NCBI GenBank assembly: GCA_036393055.1
Contig: DASVWT010000308.1
Span: 5,657 to 69,656, forward strand
Length of the DNA: 64,000 nucleotides
From: Steroidobacteraceae bacterium
GTDB lineage: Bacteria > Pseudomonadota > Gammaproteobacteria > Steroidobacterales > Steroidobacteraceae
Direction: 5' to 3'
In this document: one piece after another, positions 51,548 through 61,126 of the stretch
Layout: each line of letters opens with the position of its first letter
Position numbering within the stretch: position 1 is the stretch's first letter
Notes under the pieces: model-generated
What the model was told of the DNA's origin: nothing
The model's input: only the letters and a program-made list of their open reading frames with translations
Databases searched by the model: none
Program-made: the position numbers and the translations under genes

Positions 51548-52749
51548 TGGCTCACCCCCCTGTCCGGCTGCCGCTCGCCGGCGTGCGCATTCTCTCCGCC
51601 GAGCAATACGGCGCCGCTCCGTATGGCACGATGCTGCTCGCCCAGCTCGGCGCGGATGTGATCAAGATCGAGCCCCCGGCGGGCGGCGACAGTGCGCGCG
51701 CAGTGGGCCCGCATTATCTGAGCGGCGGCGACAGTCTGTTCTTCCAGACATTCAACCTCAACAAAAGATCGTTGACGCTGGACCTGACATCCGACGGTGG
51801 CCGCGCCGTGCTCAAGCGTCTCGCCCGGGATGCGCATGCGATCGTCAACAACCTGCGCGGCGATCTTCCGGGACGGCTCGGGCTGACCTACGAGGCACTG
51901 GCGGACGACAACCCCGCGATCGTATGCGCGCACCTCTCCGCCTACGGGCGCGACAACCCGCGGGCGCGCTGGCCGGGTTACGACTACCTGATGCAGGCGG
52001 AGGCGGGCTTCATGAGCCTCACCGGCGAGCCCGACGGCCCGCCCGCCCGCTTCGGCCTCTCCATGGTGGATTTCATGACCGGCGCCATGATGGCGGTCGG
52101 CTTGCTGGCGGCGCTGACCGAGGCCCGCAGCACCGGCAAGGGGCGCGACGTCGATGTCGACCTGCTGGCCACCGCCTTCCACCAGACCAGTTATCCGGCG
52201 ATCTGGTACCTCAATGAGGGAGACATCACGCGGCGGGTGGCGCGCTCCGCGCACCCCTCCGTCGTGCCGAGCCAGCTGTTCCGCACGGCCGACGGCTGGG
52301 TGTTCGTGATGGCGCAACTGCCGAAGTTCTGGACCGTGCTCCTGCAGCGCATCTCGCGCCCGGAGCTCGCCCAGGACGATCGCTTCCGCACGCCCGCGGA
52401 TCGGCTCGCCAATCGCGGAGCGCTCACGGCGGTGCTGGATGGTATATTCCAACAGAACCCCACGAGTTACTGGGTCGAGCAGCTCGGCGGTTACGTCCCG
52501 GTCGCTCCGGTGCATACGCTCGATCAGGCGCTCGACAGCGCGTTTCTGCAGGCATCCGGAATGATCGAGCCGATCCGTCATCCGGATGGGCGCGAGCTGC
52601 GCGTGTTGAGCAACCCGATTCGTCTCGACGGGCGCTGGCTCGCCAATCGCGCGGCGCCGCGCCTGGGGGAGCATAGCGCGGCGATACTCGCCGAAGCCGG
52701 CCTCGATGCCGCGGCGATCGACATGCTGCGCGAGAAGGGCGTGGTGTAG
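51547..52749 (+). CDS. family III (CaiB/BaiF) CoA-transferase
   Basis: C-terminal part of ORF 49978..52749; start ATG 51547 (TGATG overlap). LAGVRILSAEQYGAAPYGTMLLAQLGADVIKIEPPAGGD; C-terminal ..GEHSAAILAEAGLDAAAIDMLREKGVV. Confidence 0.9.
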   Translation: MAHPPVRLPLAGVRILSAEQYGAAPYGTMLLAQLGADVIKIEPPAGGDSARAVGPHYLSGGDSLFFQTFNLNKRSLTLDLTSDGGRAVLKRLARDAHAIVNNLRGDLPGRLGLTYEALADDNPAIVCAHLSAYGRDNPRARWPGYDYLMQAEAGFMSLTGEPDGPPARFGLSMVDFMTGAMMAVGLLAALTEARSTGKGRDVDVDLLATAFHQTSYPAIWYLNEGDITRRVARSAHPSVVPSQLFRTADGWVFVMAQLPKFWTVLLQRISRPELAQDDRFRTPADRLANRGALTAVLDGIFQQNPTSYWVEQLGGYVPVAPVHTLDQALDSAFLQASGMIEPIRHPDGRELRVLSNPIRLDGRWLANRAAPRLGEHSAAILAEAGLDAAAIDMLREKGVV

Positions 52750-52751
52750 CG

Positions 52752-53840
52752 ATGCACTTGCGTGGCATCCAGGTAATCGACGCGACCCTGTTCCTGCCCG
52801 GACCGATGCTGACGGTCATGATGGCCGACCAGGGCGCGGAAGTCGTCAAGGTGGAGCCGCCCGCGGGCGATCCGGTCCGCAGCCAAGGGCCCTTCGAGGC
52901 GGGTCAGTCGATCTGGTTCCGCAGCCTCAACCGTGGCAAGCGCAGCGTGACGCTGGACCTGAAGGCCGAGGAGGGGCGCTCTGCCCTCTGGAGCCTGCTT
53001 GCCGATGCCGATGTTTTCGTGGAGGGATTCCGGCCGGGCGCAATGGCGCGGCTGGGGTTCGGTTACGAGAGTGTCGCTGCGCGCTGCCCGCGCCTCATTT
53101 ACTGCTCGATCTCGGCCTTCGGACAACACGGGCCGCTCGCAAGCCACCCGGCGCACGATCTGGCGGTGCAGGCGCTCACCGGATTCCTCTCCGTGAACGA
53201 CGGCGCCGATGGAACGCCGGTCGTCCCGGGTGCCCCGGCAGCCGACATGGCCGCGGGACTGACGGCGCTCTCAGGCGTCCTGATGGCGCTCCTCGGCCGG
53301 GAGCGGACGGGCAGAGGAGACTACCTCGACGTGGCGATGCTCGATTCGCTGTTGCCCTGGTGCGCACATGTCGTCGGCGAGGCGATCGCCGGCGGATCGC
53401 CGCCACGGTCGTCAGCGCAACGGTCCCTCGGGGGCGCAGCTTTCTATCAGGTCTACCGCACCGCGGATGGCAAGCACGTCGTGCTCGCCGGCAGAGAAGC
53501 CAAGTTCGCCGCCGAACTGCTCGGCGCGCTCGGGCGGCCGGACCTCCTCCCCCTCGCCAGTGCGCCGGCGGGAGAGGCGCAGCGGCCCCTCACGGAGTTC
53601 CTGCGGACAACATTCGTGCAACGCACCCGCGATGAATGGACTGCCTGGTTCGCCGGCAGGAATGTCGCCTTCGCGCCGGTGCTCGATTTCCGCGAGGCGC
53701 TGGCTCAACCGCACATTGCGCAGCGGCGGTTGCTCGTCGAATCGGGAGGAGCGCACCACATCGCGCCCCCGTTGCGGTTCGCCTCCGCCCCCGACTGGTC
53801 GCCGCGGCAGGCGCCAGAGCTGGCGAAACCCGGGACTTGA
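52752..53840 (+). CDS. family III (CaiB/BaiF) CoA-transferase
   Basis: 362 aa. LRGIQVIDATLFLPGPMLTVMMADQGAEVVKVEPPAGDP. Lies 2 nt after the preceding CoA-transferase gene. Confidence 0.9.
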   Translation: MHLRGIQVIDATLFLPGPMLTVMMADQGAEVVKVEPPAGDPVRSQGPFEAGQSIWFRSLNRGKRSVTLDLKAEEGRSALWSLLADADVFVEGFRPGAMARLGFGYESVAARCPRLIYCSISAFGQHGPLASHPAHDLAVQALTGFLSVNDGADGTPVVPGAPAADMAAGLTALSGVLMALLGRERTGRGDYLDVAMLDSLLPWCAHVVGEAIAGGSPPRSSAQRSLGGAAFYQVYRTADGKHVVLAGREAKFAAELLGALGRPDLLPLASAPAGEAQRPLTEFLRTTFVQRTRDEWTAWFAGRNVAFAPVLDFREALAQPHIAQRRLLVESGGAHHIAPPLRFASAPDWSPRQAPELAKPGT

Positions 53841-53844
53841 GGTC

Positions 53845-54603
53845 TCAGCCGCGAGCCTCGACATGCATCGAGTACACGAAGCGATCGCCCGGATGGTGGC
53901 TGGAGGAGAGCTCCACGATGCGGCCGCGGCCATCGAGATAACAGCGCAGAATGCGCAGGCAAGGGGTCCCGCGGGGGACGCCCAGGCTCCTCGCGACCGG
54001 CTGCGTCGCCGCCACGGCCTGGATATCCTGCGTCACGCGGGTGACCTTGACACCGCCCAACTGCTCGAGCTGACGGAATATCGCTGCACCCCCCGGCTGC
54101 ACCTGACGCGCCGCCTCGCCGAGATCCGGATGGACGTAGGCAACCGTCACGGCAATGGGCCTGGCCTGGCCGCGCCGGAATCGCAACCCGCGGAAATGAA
54201 ACCAGCCCGCCCCCGGCTTGGCCCCGATCTGAGTGGCCAGCGAGCGCGGCAGCGGCACCGGGCCCTTCGGGGTGAACTGAAAGGTGCTGTCGCGGGCGTA
54301 TTGCAGGATCTCGTCGATGTTGGAGAGAGGCTGATGCAGCGCCCCGCCGCGGGCGGACGCGGGCTGCACGTACGTTCCCGATCCCCGGCGGCGGTGGATC
54401 AGGCCTTCCGCCTGCAGCGCCCGCAGCGCCTCGCGCACGGTGAAGCGGCTGAGCCCGTAGCGCCTGCAGAGCTCGCTCTCGGTCGGAAGCTGACTGGGAT
54501 CGGAGCCGCCGCGCAGGATCATGGCCCGCAATCGCTCGGCCAGCTCCTGGTAGCGCGGCTTGCGCGCGAAATTCGCTGTCGGCTCGTATGCACTGCGCGC
54601 CAA
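53845..54603 (-). CDS. GntR-family transcriptional regulator (HutC/UTRA type)
   Basis: ORF track 53845..54663. Start set to TTG 54603 (GGAGGG 9 nt upstream), which avoids overlap with the divergent PrpD gene; the start is uncertain. LPTESELCRRYGLSRFTVREALRALQAEGLIHRRRGSGTYV. Confidence 0.8.
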   Translation of the reverse strand: MARSAYEPTANFARKPRYQELAERLRAMILRGGSDPSQLPTESELCRRYGLSRFTVREALRALQAEGLIHRRRGSGTYVQPASARGGALHQPLSNIDEILQYARDSTFQFTPKGPVPLPRSLATQIGAKPGAGWFHFRGLRFRRGQARPIAVTVAYVHPDLGEAARQVQPGGAAIFRQLEQLGGVKVTRVTQDIQAVAATQPVARSLGVPRGTPCLRILRCYLDGRGRIVELSSSHHPGDRFVYSMHVEARG

Positions 54604-54650
54604 GTCGGTGGCCCTCCGGTCAGGCTGAAGCGGGGAGTCGATGGGAAACC

Positions 54651-55889
54651 ATGAGCGTCGCAAAGAATAGCCTAACCGAGCGGCTGGTGGCGCATCTGCA
54701 GCGCCCCGTGCCGGAGGCGGTGCGCCAGCGTGCCCGCCGGCACCTGCTCGACTGGCTGGGTTGTGTCGCCTGCGCGCGCGCCTCGGAGCTGTCCGGACAT
54801 CTTGCGGGCGAGGCCACTATGTCCCGGGCGGCGTGGCTCGGCAATCTGATGGAAATGGACGACGTGCATCGCACCGCCCTGCTGCATCCCGGACCGGTGG
54901 TCTGGCCGTCCGTGCTGGTCCACTCGGGGCTTTCGCTCGATGAGACGCTGGCCGCCGCGGTGCGCGGCTACGAGGCGATGATCGCCGTCGGATCGATGCT
55001 GGACGCGCATCACTATGCTCATTGGCACAACACTGCCACTGCCGGCGTCTTCGGCGCCGCTGCCGCCGCGGCGAGCGCGCTCGGGGCGACCCCCGAGCAG
55101 ATGGTGAGCGCCCTGGGCCTCGCCGGGTCGGTGGCCGGAGGGCTCTGGCAGATGCGGCACGAGCCTGTGATGGCGAAGGCCTGGCATGTGGCCCATGCCG
55201 TCAGCGCCGGCACAGCGGCGGCGAACCACGCCTGCCGCGGAATCACTGGACCACGCTACGTCCTCGAGGGCCCGCAAGGGCTGTTGGCTGCCACCTGCCG
55301 GGAGCCTCGTCCGCTCGCGCTCGGGGCAGACTGGCGGATGGCCGAAGTCAGCTTCAAGCCCTGGGGCGCCTGCCGGCATACCCACCCGGCGATTACCGCC
55401 GCCCTGGAGCTGCGCGCGCGCGGCGCTCTGTCGGGCGAGATCATCGTGCGCACCTATCGCGACGCGCTGGTGTTCTGCGACCGCCCGGAGCCCCGAACAT
55501 CCGCCGAGGCCAAATTCTCTCTGCAACATGCGGTGGCCGTGGTCGTCGCCCGCGGGGAGCCGCGACTCGAGGACTTCGAGCCCGCCGCAATCGAGGCGCT
55601 GCAACGTTGGCGCCAGGCGGTCACGGTCGCCGAGGAGCCCGCATTGACCGCGTCATATCCAGCGCATTTTGGCGCACGGGTCTCGACAGCGACCGCCGAG
55701 GCGCTGGCCGCGGACGCGCTGGGCGATCCGGAGCGGCCCTTGTCGGAAGCCGGGGTTGTCGCCAAGGCGCGCGCATTGATGGAGTGGGGGCGCATCGGCT
55801 CCGCCGACACGCAGCGCACGATCGGCGCCGTTCTGCAGGGGAACTCGACGAGCACCATCACCGCAGCCCTGGAGTCCTGGTTTCCATGA
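54651..55889 (+). CDS. MmgE/PrpD-family protein (paralog 1)
   Basis: ORF track 54588..55889, start trimmed to ATG 54651 (MSVAKNSLTERLVAHL..ARRHLLDWLGCVACA). ..MDDVHRTALLHPGPVVWP.., ..SFKPWGACRHTHP.. Confidence 0.8.
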   Translation: MSVAKNSLTERLVAHLQRPVPEAVRQRARRHLLDWLGCVACARASELSGHLAGEATMSRAAWLGNLMEMDDVHRTALLHPGPVVWPSVLVHSGLSLDETLAAAVRGYEAMIAVGSMLDAHHYAHWHNTATAGVFGAAAAAASALGATPEQMVSALGLAGSVAGGLWQMRHEPVMAKAWHVAHAVSAGTAAANHACRGITGPRYVLEGPQGLLAATCREPRPLALGADWRMAEVSFKPWGACRHTHPAITAALELRARGALSGEIIVRTYRDALVFCDRPEPRTSAEAKFSLQHAVAVVVARGEPRLEDFEPAAIEALQRWRQAVTVAEEPALTASYPAHFGARVSTATAEALAADALGDPERPLSEAGVVAKARALMEWGRIGSADTQRTIGAVLQGNSTSTITAALESWFP

Positions 55890-57193
55890 ACGCGACCCAC
55901 CGGATCCTGGAGTTCGCGCGTGCGCGGCACCAGTTGCCTGGATCGGCGCGTGCCGCTGCGCTGCACCTGCTGGCGGACTCCCTGGCCGTTGGCGCCGCAG
56001 GCGCGACCGCGCCGGGCGCTGCCGGAGTATTGCAGGCGGCGCAAGGTTGGGGAGCGGGCAGCGATGCGCGCGCCCTGGCAAGAGGGTCGCGCCTGCCCGC
56101 CACCAGCGCCGCCTTCGTCAACGGCTTCCAGATCCACTGCCTGGAATGGGACGCCGTGCACGAGCAAGCGGTCGTGCACGCCCTCTCGACGGTGACGGCT
56201 GCGCTGGGCGCGGCAATCGATCGCCGCGGCGGTTGCGACCCTGAGGAGGCGCTCACCGCGCTCGCGGTGGGGGTCGACGTTGCATGCGGACTGGGGCTTG
56301 CCGCGAAGAGCGGGTTGCGTTTCTTCCGGCCGGCCACGGCCGGATGCATCGGGGCGGCATTGGCCGTGGCGCGCATCGAAAAAACCGATTCGCTCGCGGA
56401 CGTGCTCGGCCTTGCCTACTCCCAGTGCGCCGGGACCATGCAGGCGCACGTGGAGGGCTCCATCGCCTTGCCTCTGCAGATCGCGGTGGCCGCACGCGCA
56501 GCGGTCACCGCAAACGATCTGGTGCGAGCGGGGCTGACCGGCCCGCACGATGCGCTCGAGGGCCCATTCGGGTATTTCCGCCTCTTCGATGAGGGCGATC
56601 CGGCGGAGTACGCGCACAGTCTCGGCCGCATCTGGCGGATCGCGGAAGTGAGCATCAAGCCCTTCCCGTGCGGGCGTGCGAGCCATGCAGCGCTCGCAAC
56701 GCTGCAGGCCCTGTCTCGCGAGACGAGCCTCGATGTTGCGCGGGTTCGGCAGATCGACCTGCACTCGCCGCCGCTCATCGGGAGACTGGTCGGCCGTCCG
56801 CCTCATCCCTCCATGTCGCCGGCAACGGCGCGACTATGCCTGCCGCTGCTCGCGGCACTCATGCTGACCGACGGCCGCATCGATCCGCGCCGCTTCGAGC
56901 CGGCCACGTTCGCCGATCCGCACATCGGGGCGCTCGCGGCGAAGGTGCGCGTTTTGGACGATGGCAACCCCGATCCGAACGCCCTGTCGCCACAACGTCT
57001 CGTCATCCACCTCGCCGACGGCACCATCCTGGAGCGCGCCATTGCCGCCACGCTGGGCCATCCCGGCGCGCCGATGTCCGCCGTGCAGACCGCTGCGAAG
57101 CGCGATCTCGCCTTCGAGCTGGCAGGCACGCTCGAAGATGCGCGGCTGCGAGCCGATCCGCTTTCATACTTCACCCGCCCGGGGACTGCATGA
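55886..57193 (+). CDS. MmgE/PrpD-family protein (paralog 2)
   Basis: Part of ORF 55022..57193; start ATG 55886 (ATGA overlap). AALHLLADSLAVGAAG.., ..SIKPFPCGRASHAA.. Confidence 0.8.
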   Translation: MNATHRILEFARARHQLPGSARAAALHLLADSLAVGAAGATAPGAAGVLQAAQGWGAGSDARALARGSRLPATSAAFVNGFQIHCLEWDAVHEQAVVHALSTVTAALGAAIDRRGGCDPEEALTALAVGVDVACGLGLAAKSGLRFFRPATAGCIGAALAVARIEKTDSLADVLGLAYSQCAGTMQAHVEGSIALPLQIAVAARAAVTANDLVRAGLTGPHDALEGPFGYFRLFDEGDPAEYAHSLGRIWRIAEVSIKPFPCGRASHAALATLQALSRETSLDVARVRQIDLHSPPLIGRLVGRPPHPSMSPATARLCLPLLAALMLTDGRIDPRRFEPATFADPHIGALAAKVRVLDDGNPDPNALSPQRLVIHLADGTILERAIAATLGHPGAPMSAVQTAAKRDLAFELAGTLEDARLRADPLSYFTRPGTA

Positions 57194-58566
57194 GCTTTCC
57201 AAGCTATTTCGAGGCGCTGGATGCGCGACAGATGCTCGCCGATTATCCGATCGGGGAGGCTTTCGTCTCGCGCTATACACGCATGAGCCGTGATGAGCTG
57301 TACGCGCAACAGAACGAGCGCTTTCTGCGGCTCATGCGGCGCGGCTGGCAGATCCCCTTCTATCAGCGGCTGTGGCGGGCGAAGGGCATCGAGCCCGGTG
57401 ACATCCGCGGCCTTGCCGACATCGGCAGGCTACCGGTTTACGACAAGTCGGACCTGATGGCCTCCATCGCCGAGCATCCCCCGTTCGGCGACTTCGCAGG
57501 ACTCGATCGCAGCGATCAGTCCCCGCCGGCGATCTTTCACACTACCTCCGGCACCACCGGCCGGCCGCAGGCGCTGCTCTTCGGCCCCAAGGGGCGTGAG
57601 GTCTGCAATCTGCTCGTGGCCCGCATGTATCGGTGGCAGGGCCTTCAGCCGGCGGATGTCGTCCAATCGGTGTATGGCCACGGCATGATCAATGGTGGCC
57701 ACTTCATCCGCGAGGCCGTCACCCATTTCACCAACTCGATCTTCCTATCAGCTGGCACCGGCGTCGAGACCCGCTCCGCCCAGCAGGTGCGCCTCATGGC
57801 GGATTTCGGCGTCACGGTGCTGGTCGGGTTCATCGACTACATTCGCAAGCTTTCCGAGGTTGCACGCGAGGAAGGGCTGCTCGATCGCATCGGCGTGCGC
57901 ATGATCTGCGGACATCTGGGCACGGAGGACCGCGCGAGCGTCGAGGCGGCCTGGCAGGGCGCCCGCGCCTACGACTGGTACGGAGTGGGGGACACTGGAA
58001 CCATTGCGGGCGAGGGGCCGGAACGGGACGGCATGTACGTGTGGGAGGATGCGCAGTACCTGGAGCTGCTGGATGTGGAAAGCGGCGCACCCGTTCGCCC
58101 GGGAGAGATGGGCGATATGGTCGTGACTACCCTGTTCAAGGACGATATTGCCCCATGCATCCGCTTCAATACCCACGACATCACCCACGAGCTCGGCGGG
58201 CGCAACGCGACCGGAATGGTGTTCAAGCGCATCGCCGGATTCAGGGGCCGCAGCGACAACATGATCAAGCTGCGCGGCATCAATGTCTTTCCGCATGCGA
58301 TCGGCGCCATCATCGAGAACCGCGCCGATCTGACCGGCGAATACATCTGCCGCATGGTCCGCGATGCCCGATCGGGACGCGATGATCTGATCGTAACCCT
58401 GGAGAGCCGCGGCGGCAGTGATGCGCGCGAGCTCGCTGTGCTGCTGCGGGAAGGCCTCGGCGTCGAGGTGCGGGTGGAGCTGGCGCCGCCCGGAGGGACC
58501 GCGGCGCTGACGCAGATCGATGTTCGCCAGAAGCCGATCCGGCTCATCGACGAGCGCAAGCTCTGA
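57190..58566 (+). CDS. phenylacetate-CoA ligase-like (PaaK family) adenylate-forming enzyme
   Basis: Part of ORF 56668..58566; start ATG 57190 (ATGA overlap). FHTTSGTTGRPQ, WYGVGDTG, GRSDNMIKLRGINVFP. Confidence 0.8.
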   Translation: MSFPSYFEALDARQMLADYPIGEAFVSRYTRMSRDELYAQQNERFLRLMRRGWQIPFYQRLWRAKGIEPGDIRGLADIGRLPVYDKSDLMASIAEHPPFGDFAGLDRSDQSPPAIFHTTSGTTGRPQALLFGPKGREVCNLLVARMYRWQGLQPADVVQSVYGHGMINGGHFIREAVTHFTNSIFLSAGTGVETRSAQQVRLMADFGVTVLVGFIDYIRKLSEVAREEGLLDRIGVRMICGHLGTEDRASVEAAWQGARAYDWYGVGDTGTIAGEGPERDGMYVWEDAQYLELLDVESGAPVRPGEMGDMVVTTLFKDDIAPCIRFNTHDITHELGGRNATGMVFKRIAGFRGRSDNMIKLRGINVFPHAIGAIIENRADLTGEYICRMVRDARSGRDDLIVTLESRGGSDARELAVLLREGLGVEVRVELAPPGGTAALTQIDVRQKPIRLIDERKL

Positions 58567-59969
58567 TGGATTCTCGTATGAAGGAGCTTGGATCCGACGG
58601 AGCGCACGGCTCGGCACGCCAACGTGGGCCGGCGATTGCGGATCTGCTGGCCTCCTACGCCGCGGGGCATACCACTGCCACCGCGGTCACGCAGCGGCAT
58701 CTGGCGCGGATCGGCCGCCTGGATCCGGTGCTGCACGCCTTCATCGAGGTGGATGAGGCCGGCGCGCTGCAGGCGGCGGCGGAATCCGACGCTCGCATTG
58801 CGGCAGGCACCCTGCGCAGCCTCGAAGGGATTCCGGTCGCCATCAAGGCCAACATCGCGGTTGCCGGATTCGGGTGGAGCGCCGGCATGAAGGCGCGCCG
58901 CGATGAAGTCGCGCAGACCGATGCGGCGAGCGTCAGCCTGCTGCGGGCCGCCGGCGCCGTCATTCTCGGCACTCTCAACATGCACGAGGCGGCATTCGGC
59001 GCCACGACGGACAATCCCTGGTTCGGGCGCGCAATGAATCCCCACCGCGCAGGGCATACGCCCGGCGGGTCTTCCGGCGGGAGTGGCGCGGCAGTGGCGG
59101 CCGGCTTGTGCGCCGCGGCCCTCGGCTCGGACACCCTCGGATCCGTGCGCATTCCGGCCGCGTACAACGGCATCTACGGGCTCAAGCCAACACATGGCGC
59201 GATCTCGAGCGAGGGACTCGTGCCGCTCGCGGCGGCGCTCGATACGGTCGGCCCGATGGCGCGCTCGATGGATGATCTCGAGGTGTTGACGCGGGTGCTC
59301 ATGCCGGCCCCTGGCGGAGCGGATCCAGGCGGGTCGGGTGGTTGCGAGTCGGCGAGGAGCCCGCGGGCGTTGCGGCGCCTGCTGGTTCTGCGAAGCCTGG
59401 CGGAGGAACCGTGCGAGCCGGCCGTGATGGCGGCTTACGAGCGGGCCAGAGCGGCATTGAGAGCGCTTTCGGTCGAGTCCGTTACACTGCCACATCCCCT
59501 GGCACGAGTCCGACTCGCCGCATTCATGATCGCAGGCCGTGCGCTCGCCGCGCAGCCGCACATGGTCCGCGCGTCGGCGGCAGGAGGGTTGTCGGCCGAA
59601 CTTGCGAAGCTGCTCGACATTTGCGGCCAGAGGACCGAACCCGAGTTTGCCAGCGATCGCGAGGTGCTTTCGCAGACGGGCGCGGCACTGTGTACCAGAC
59701 TTCAGGCGGACGGAGCTCTGCTGCTGCCCACCACCCCGCATGCAGCCTTCGCGCATACGCCCCGTCCGCCGAGCTCCCAGGCCGCATTCACCGTACTGGC
59801 CAGCATCGCCGGCCTGCCCGCCATCAGCCTGCCAGCCGGCCTGGACGCCAACCGCCTGCCGCTGGGCATGCAACTCGTCGGCCCGAGCGGCCGCGAGCTC
59901 GAGCTGATCGCGCTGGCGCGTACGCTCGATGCGCGGCTGGACGGCTACGCGCCGCCGCACCTTGACTGA
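58566..59969 (+). CDS. amidase (amidase-signature family)
   Basis: 467 aa, TGATG overlap with the upstream gene. GIPVAIKANI, GHTPGGSSGGSGAAVAAG, GSDTLGSVRIPAAYNG. Confidence 0.9.
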   Translation: MDSRMKELGSDGAHGSARQRGPAIADLLASYAAGHTTATAVTQRHLARIGRLDPVLHAFIEVDEAGALQAAAESDARIAAGTLRSLEGIPVAIKANIAVAGFGWSAGMKARRDEVAQTDAASVSLLRAAGAVILGTLNMHEAAFGATTDNPWFGRAMNPHRAGHTPGGSSGGSGAAVAAGLCAAALGSDTLGSVRIPAAYNGIYGLKPTHGAISSEGLVPLAAALDTVGPMARSMDDLEVLTRVLMPAPGGADPGGSGGCESARSPRALRRLLVLRSLAEEPCEPAVMAAYERARAALRALSVESVTLPHPLARVRLAAFMIAGRALAAQPHMVRASAAGGLSAELAKLLDICGQRTEPEFASDREVLSQTGAALCTRLQADGALLLPTTPHAAFAHTPRPPSSQAAFTVLASIAGLPAISLPAGLDANRLPLGMQLVGPSGRELELIALARTLDARLDGYAPPHLD

Positions 59970-59987
59970 TCCGTCCCGGAGGTTCCG

Positions 59988-60293
59988 ATGCGCATCATCG
60001 TTTTATTCAACCTGAAGCCCGGCGCTGACGTGGCGACCTACGAGCGTTGGGCGCGTACGACCGACATTCCCGGCGTGCGGGCGCTCTCATCGGTCGGCGC
60101 GTTCGAGGTCTACCGGGCGACCGGCCTCCTGGGCTCGGGCGAGAAGCCGCCATACGCCTACATCGAGGTGATCGACGTCGGAGACATGTCCGCTTTCGGC
60201 CGCGACGTGCAGAGCGAGCGCGTTCAGCGGGTGGCGGCGGAGTTCGGGCGGTTCGCGGATCAACCGCAATTCATCCTGACGGAGCCGCTGTGA
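59988..60293 (+). CDS. small dimeric alpha/beta-barrel-type protein (EthD/HapK-like), function unknown
   Basis: 101 aa, GGAGG RBS. MRIIVLFNLKPGADVATYERWARTTDIPGV..YIEVIDVGD... The fold assignment comes from sequence pattern only. Confidence 0.5.
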   Translation: MRIIVLFNLKPGADVATYERWARTTDIPGVRALSSVGAFEVYRATGLLGSGEKPPYAYIEVIDVGDMSAFGRDVQSERVQRVAAEFGRFADQPQFILTEPL

Positions 60294-61126
60294 TGGGCCG
60301 ATTCAGCGGCAAAGTGATCGTGGTGACCGGCTCCGGCCGGGAGAAGGGGCTGGGACAGGCCATCCTGCAGCGCTTCGCCGATGAAGGCGCGCATTGCGTG
60401 GTATCGGATCTGGGCACACCCGCGGAGCACATGGGCGCGCGCGATATCGGCACGACCGAGGAGATGGAACGCGTCGCGGCCGGCCTGCGCGATCGCGGAG
60501 CCCGGGTCGCCGTCATCGCCTGCGATGTGCGCCGCAGCGCGGATTGCGATGGGCTGATCGCACGCGCCGTGGAGCAGCTTGGCCGCGTGGACATCCTGGT
60601 CAACAATGCCGGCATAGGCTACCTGATGAAGCCGCTGCTCGAGACCGCCGACACCGAGTGGGAGGCCGTGCTCGGAGTCAATCTGACGGGCGCCTTCTAC
60701 TGCACGCGCGCCGCCGCGCGGCACATGATCGCCCGCGGCGGAGCCGGCCGCATCATCAACATCGCGAGCCAGGCCGCCAAATCCGGCTTCCCGCACATGG
60801 CCCCCTATGTCAGTTCCAAGCACGGCATGGTGGGCCTCACCCGCGCCACCGCCATCGAGCTGGGCCGCTACGGAATCACGGTGAATGCGGTCTGCCCGAA
60901 TCATGTCACGACGGGCCTCGGCGTCCGGCAGAACGAATACTTCTCGAAGCTGCTCGGCTTCGAGAGCGTCAGCGCGTATCTTGCGGACATGAGCCGGCGC
61001 AATCCCCTGGGCCGCCCCGGGCTTGCGAGCGACACTGCTGCCGCCTGCGCGTGGCTCGCCTCCGAAGAGGCGCAATACGTGACCGGCGAGGCGCTGAACG
61101 TTTCCGGCGGCGAGGAGATGCACTGA
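60293..61126 (+). CDS. short-chain dehydrogenase/reductase (SDR)
   Basis: Part of ORF 60047..61126; start ATG 60293 (TGATG overlap). VIVVTGSGREKGLGQA, NNAGIG, SQAAKSGFPHMAPYVSSKHG (S..YxxxK). Confidence 0.9.
   Translation: MGRFSGKVIVVTGSGREKGLGQAILQRFADEGAHCVVSDLGTPAEHMGARDIGTTEEMERVAAGLRDRGARVAVIACDVRRSADCDGLIARAVEQLGRVDILVNNAGIGYLMKPLLETADTEWEAVLGVNLTGAFYCTRAAARHMIARGGAGRIINIASQAAKSGFPHMAPYVSSKHGMVGLTRATAIELGRYGITVNAVCPNHVTTGLGVRQNEYFSKLLGFESVSAYLADMSRRNPLGRPGLASDTAAACAWLASEEAQYVTGEALNVSGGEEMH

Noticed and set aside
53601-53610. CTGCGGACAA resembling the right half of the TTGTCCGGACAA operator.
   Set aside because: It lies inside the CoA-transferase coding sequence, only one half-site matches, and no -10 element is adjacent.
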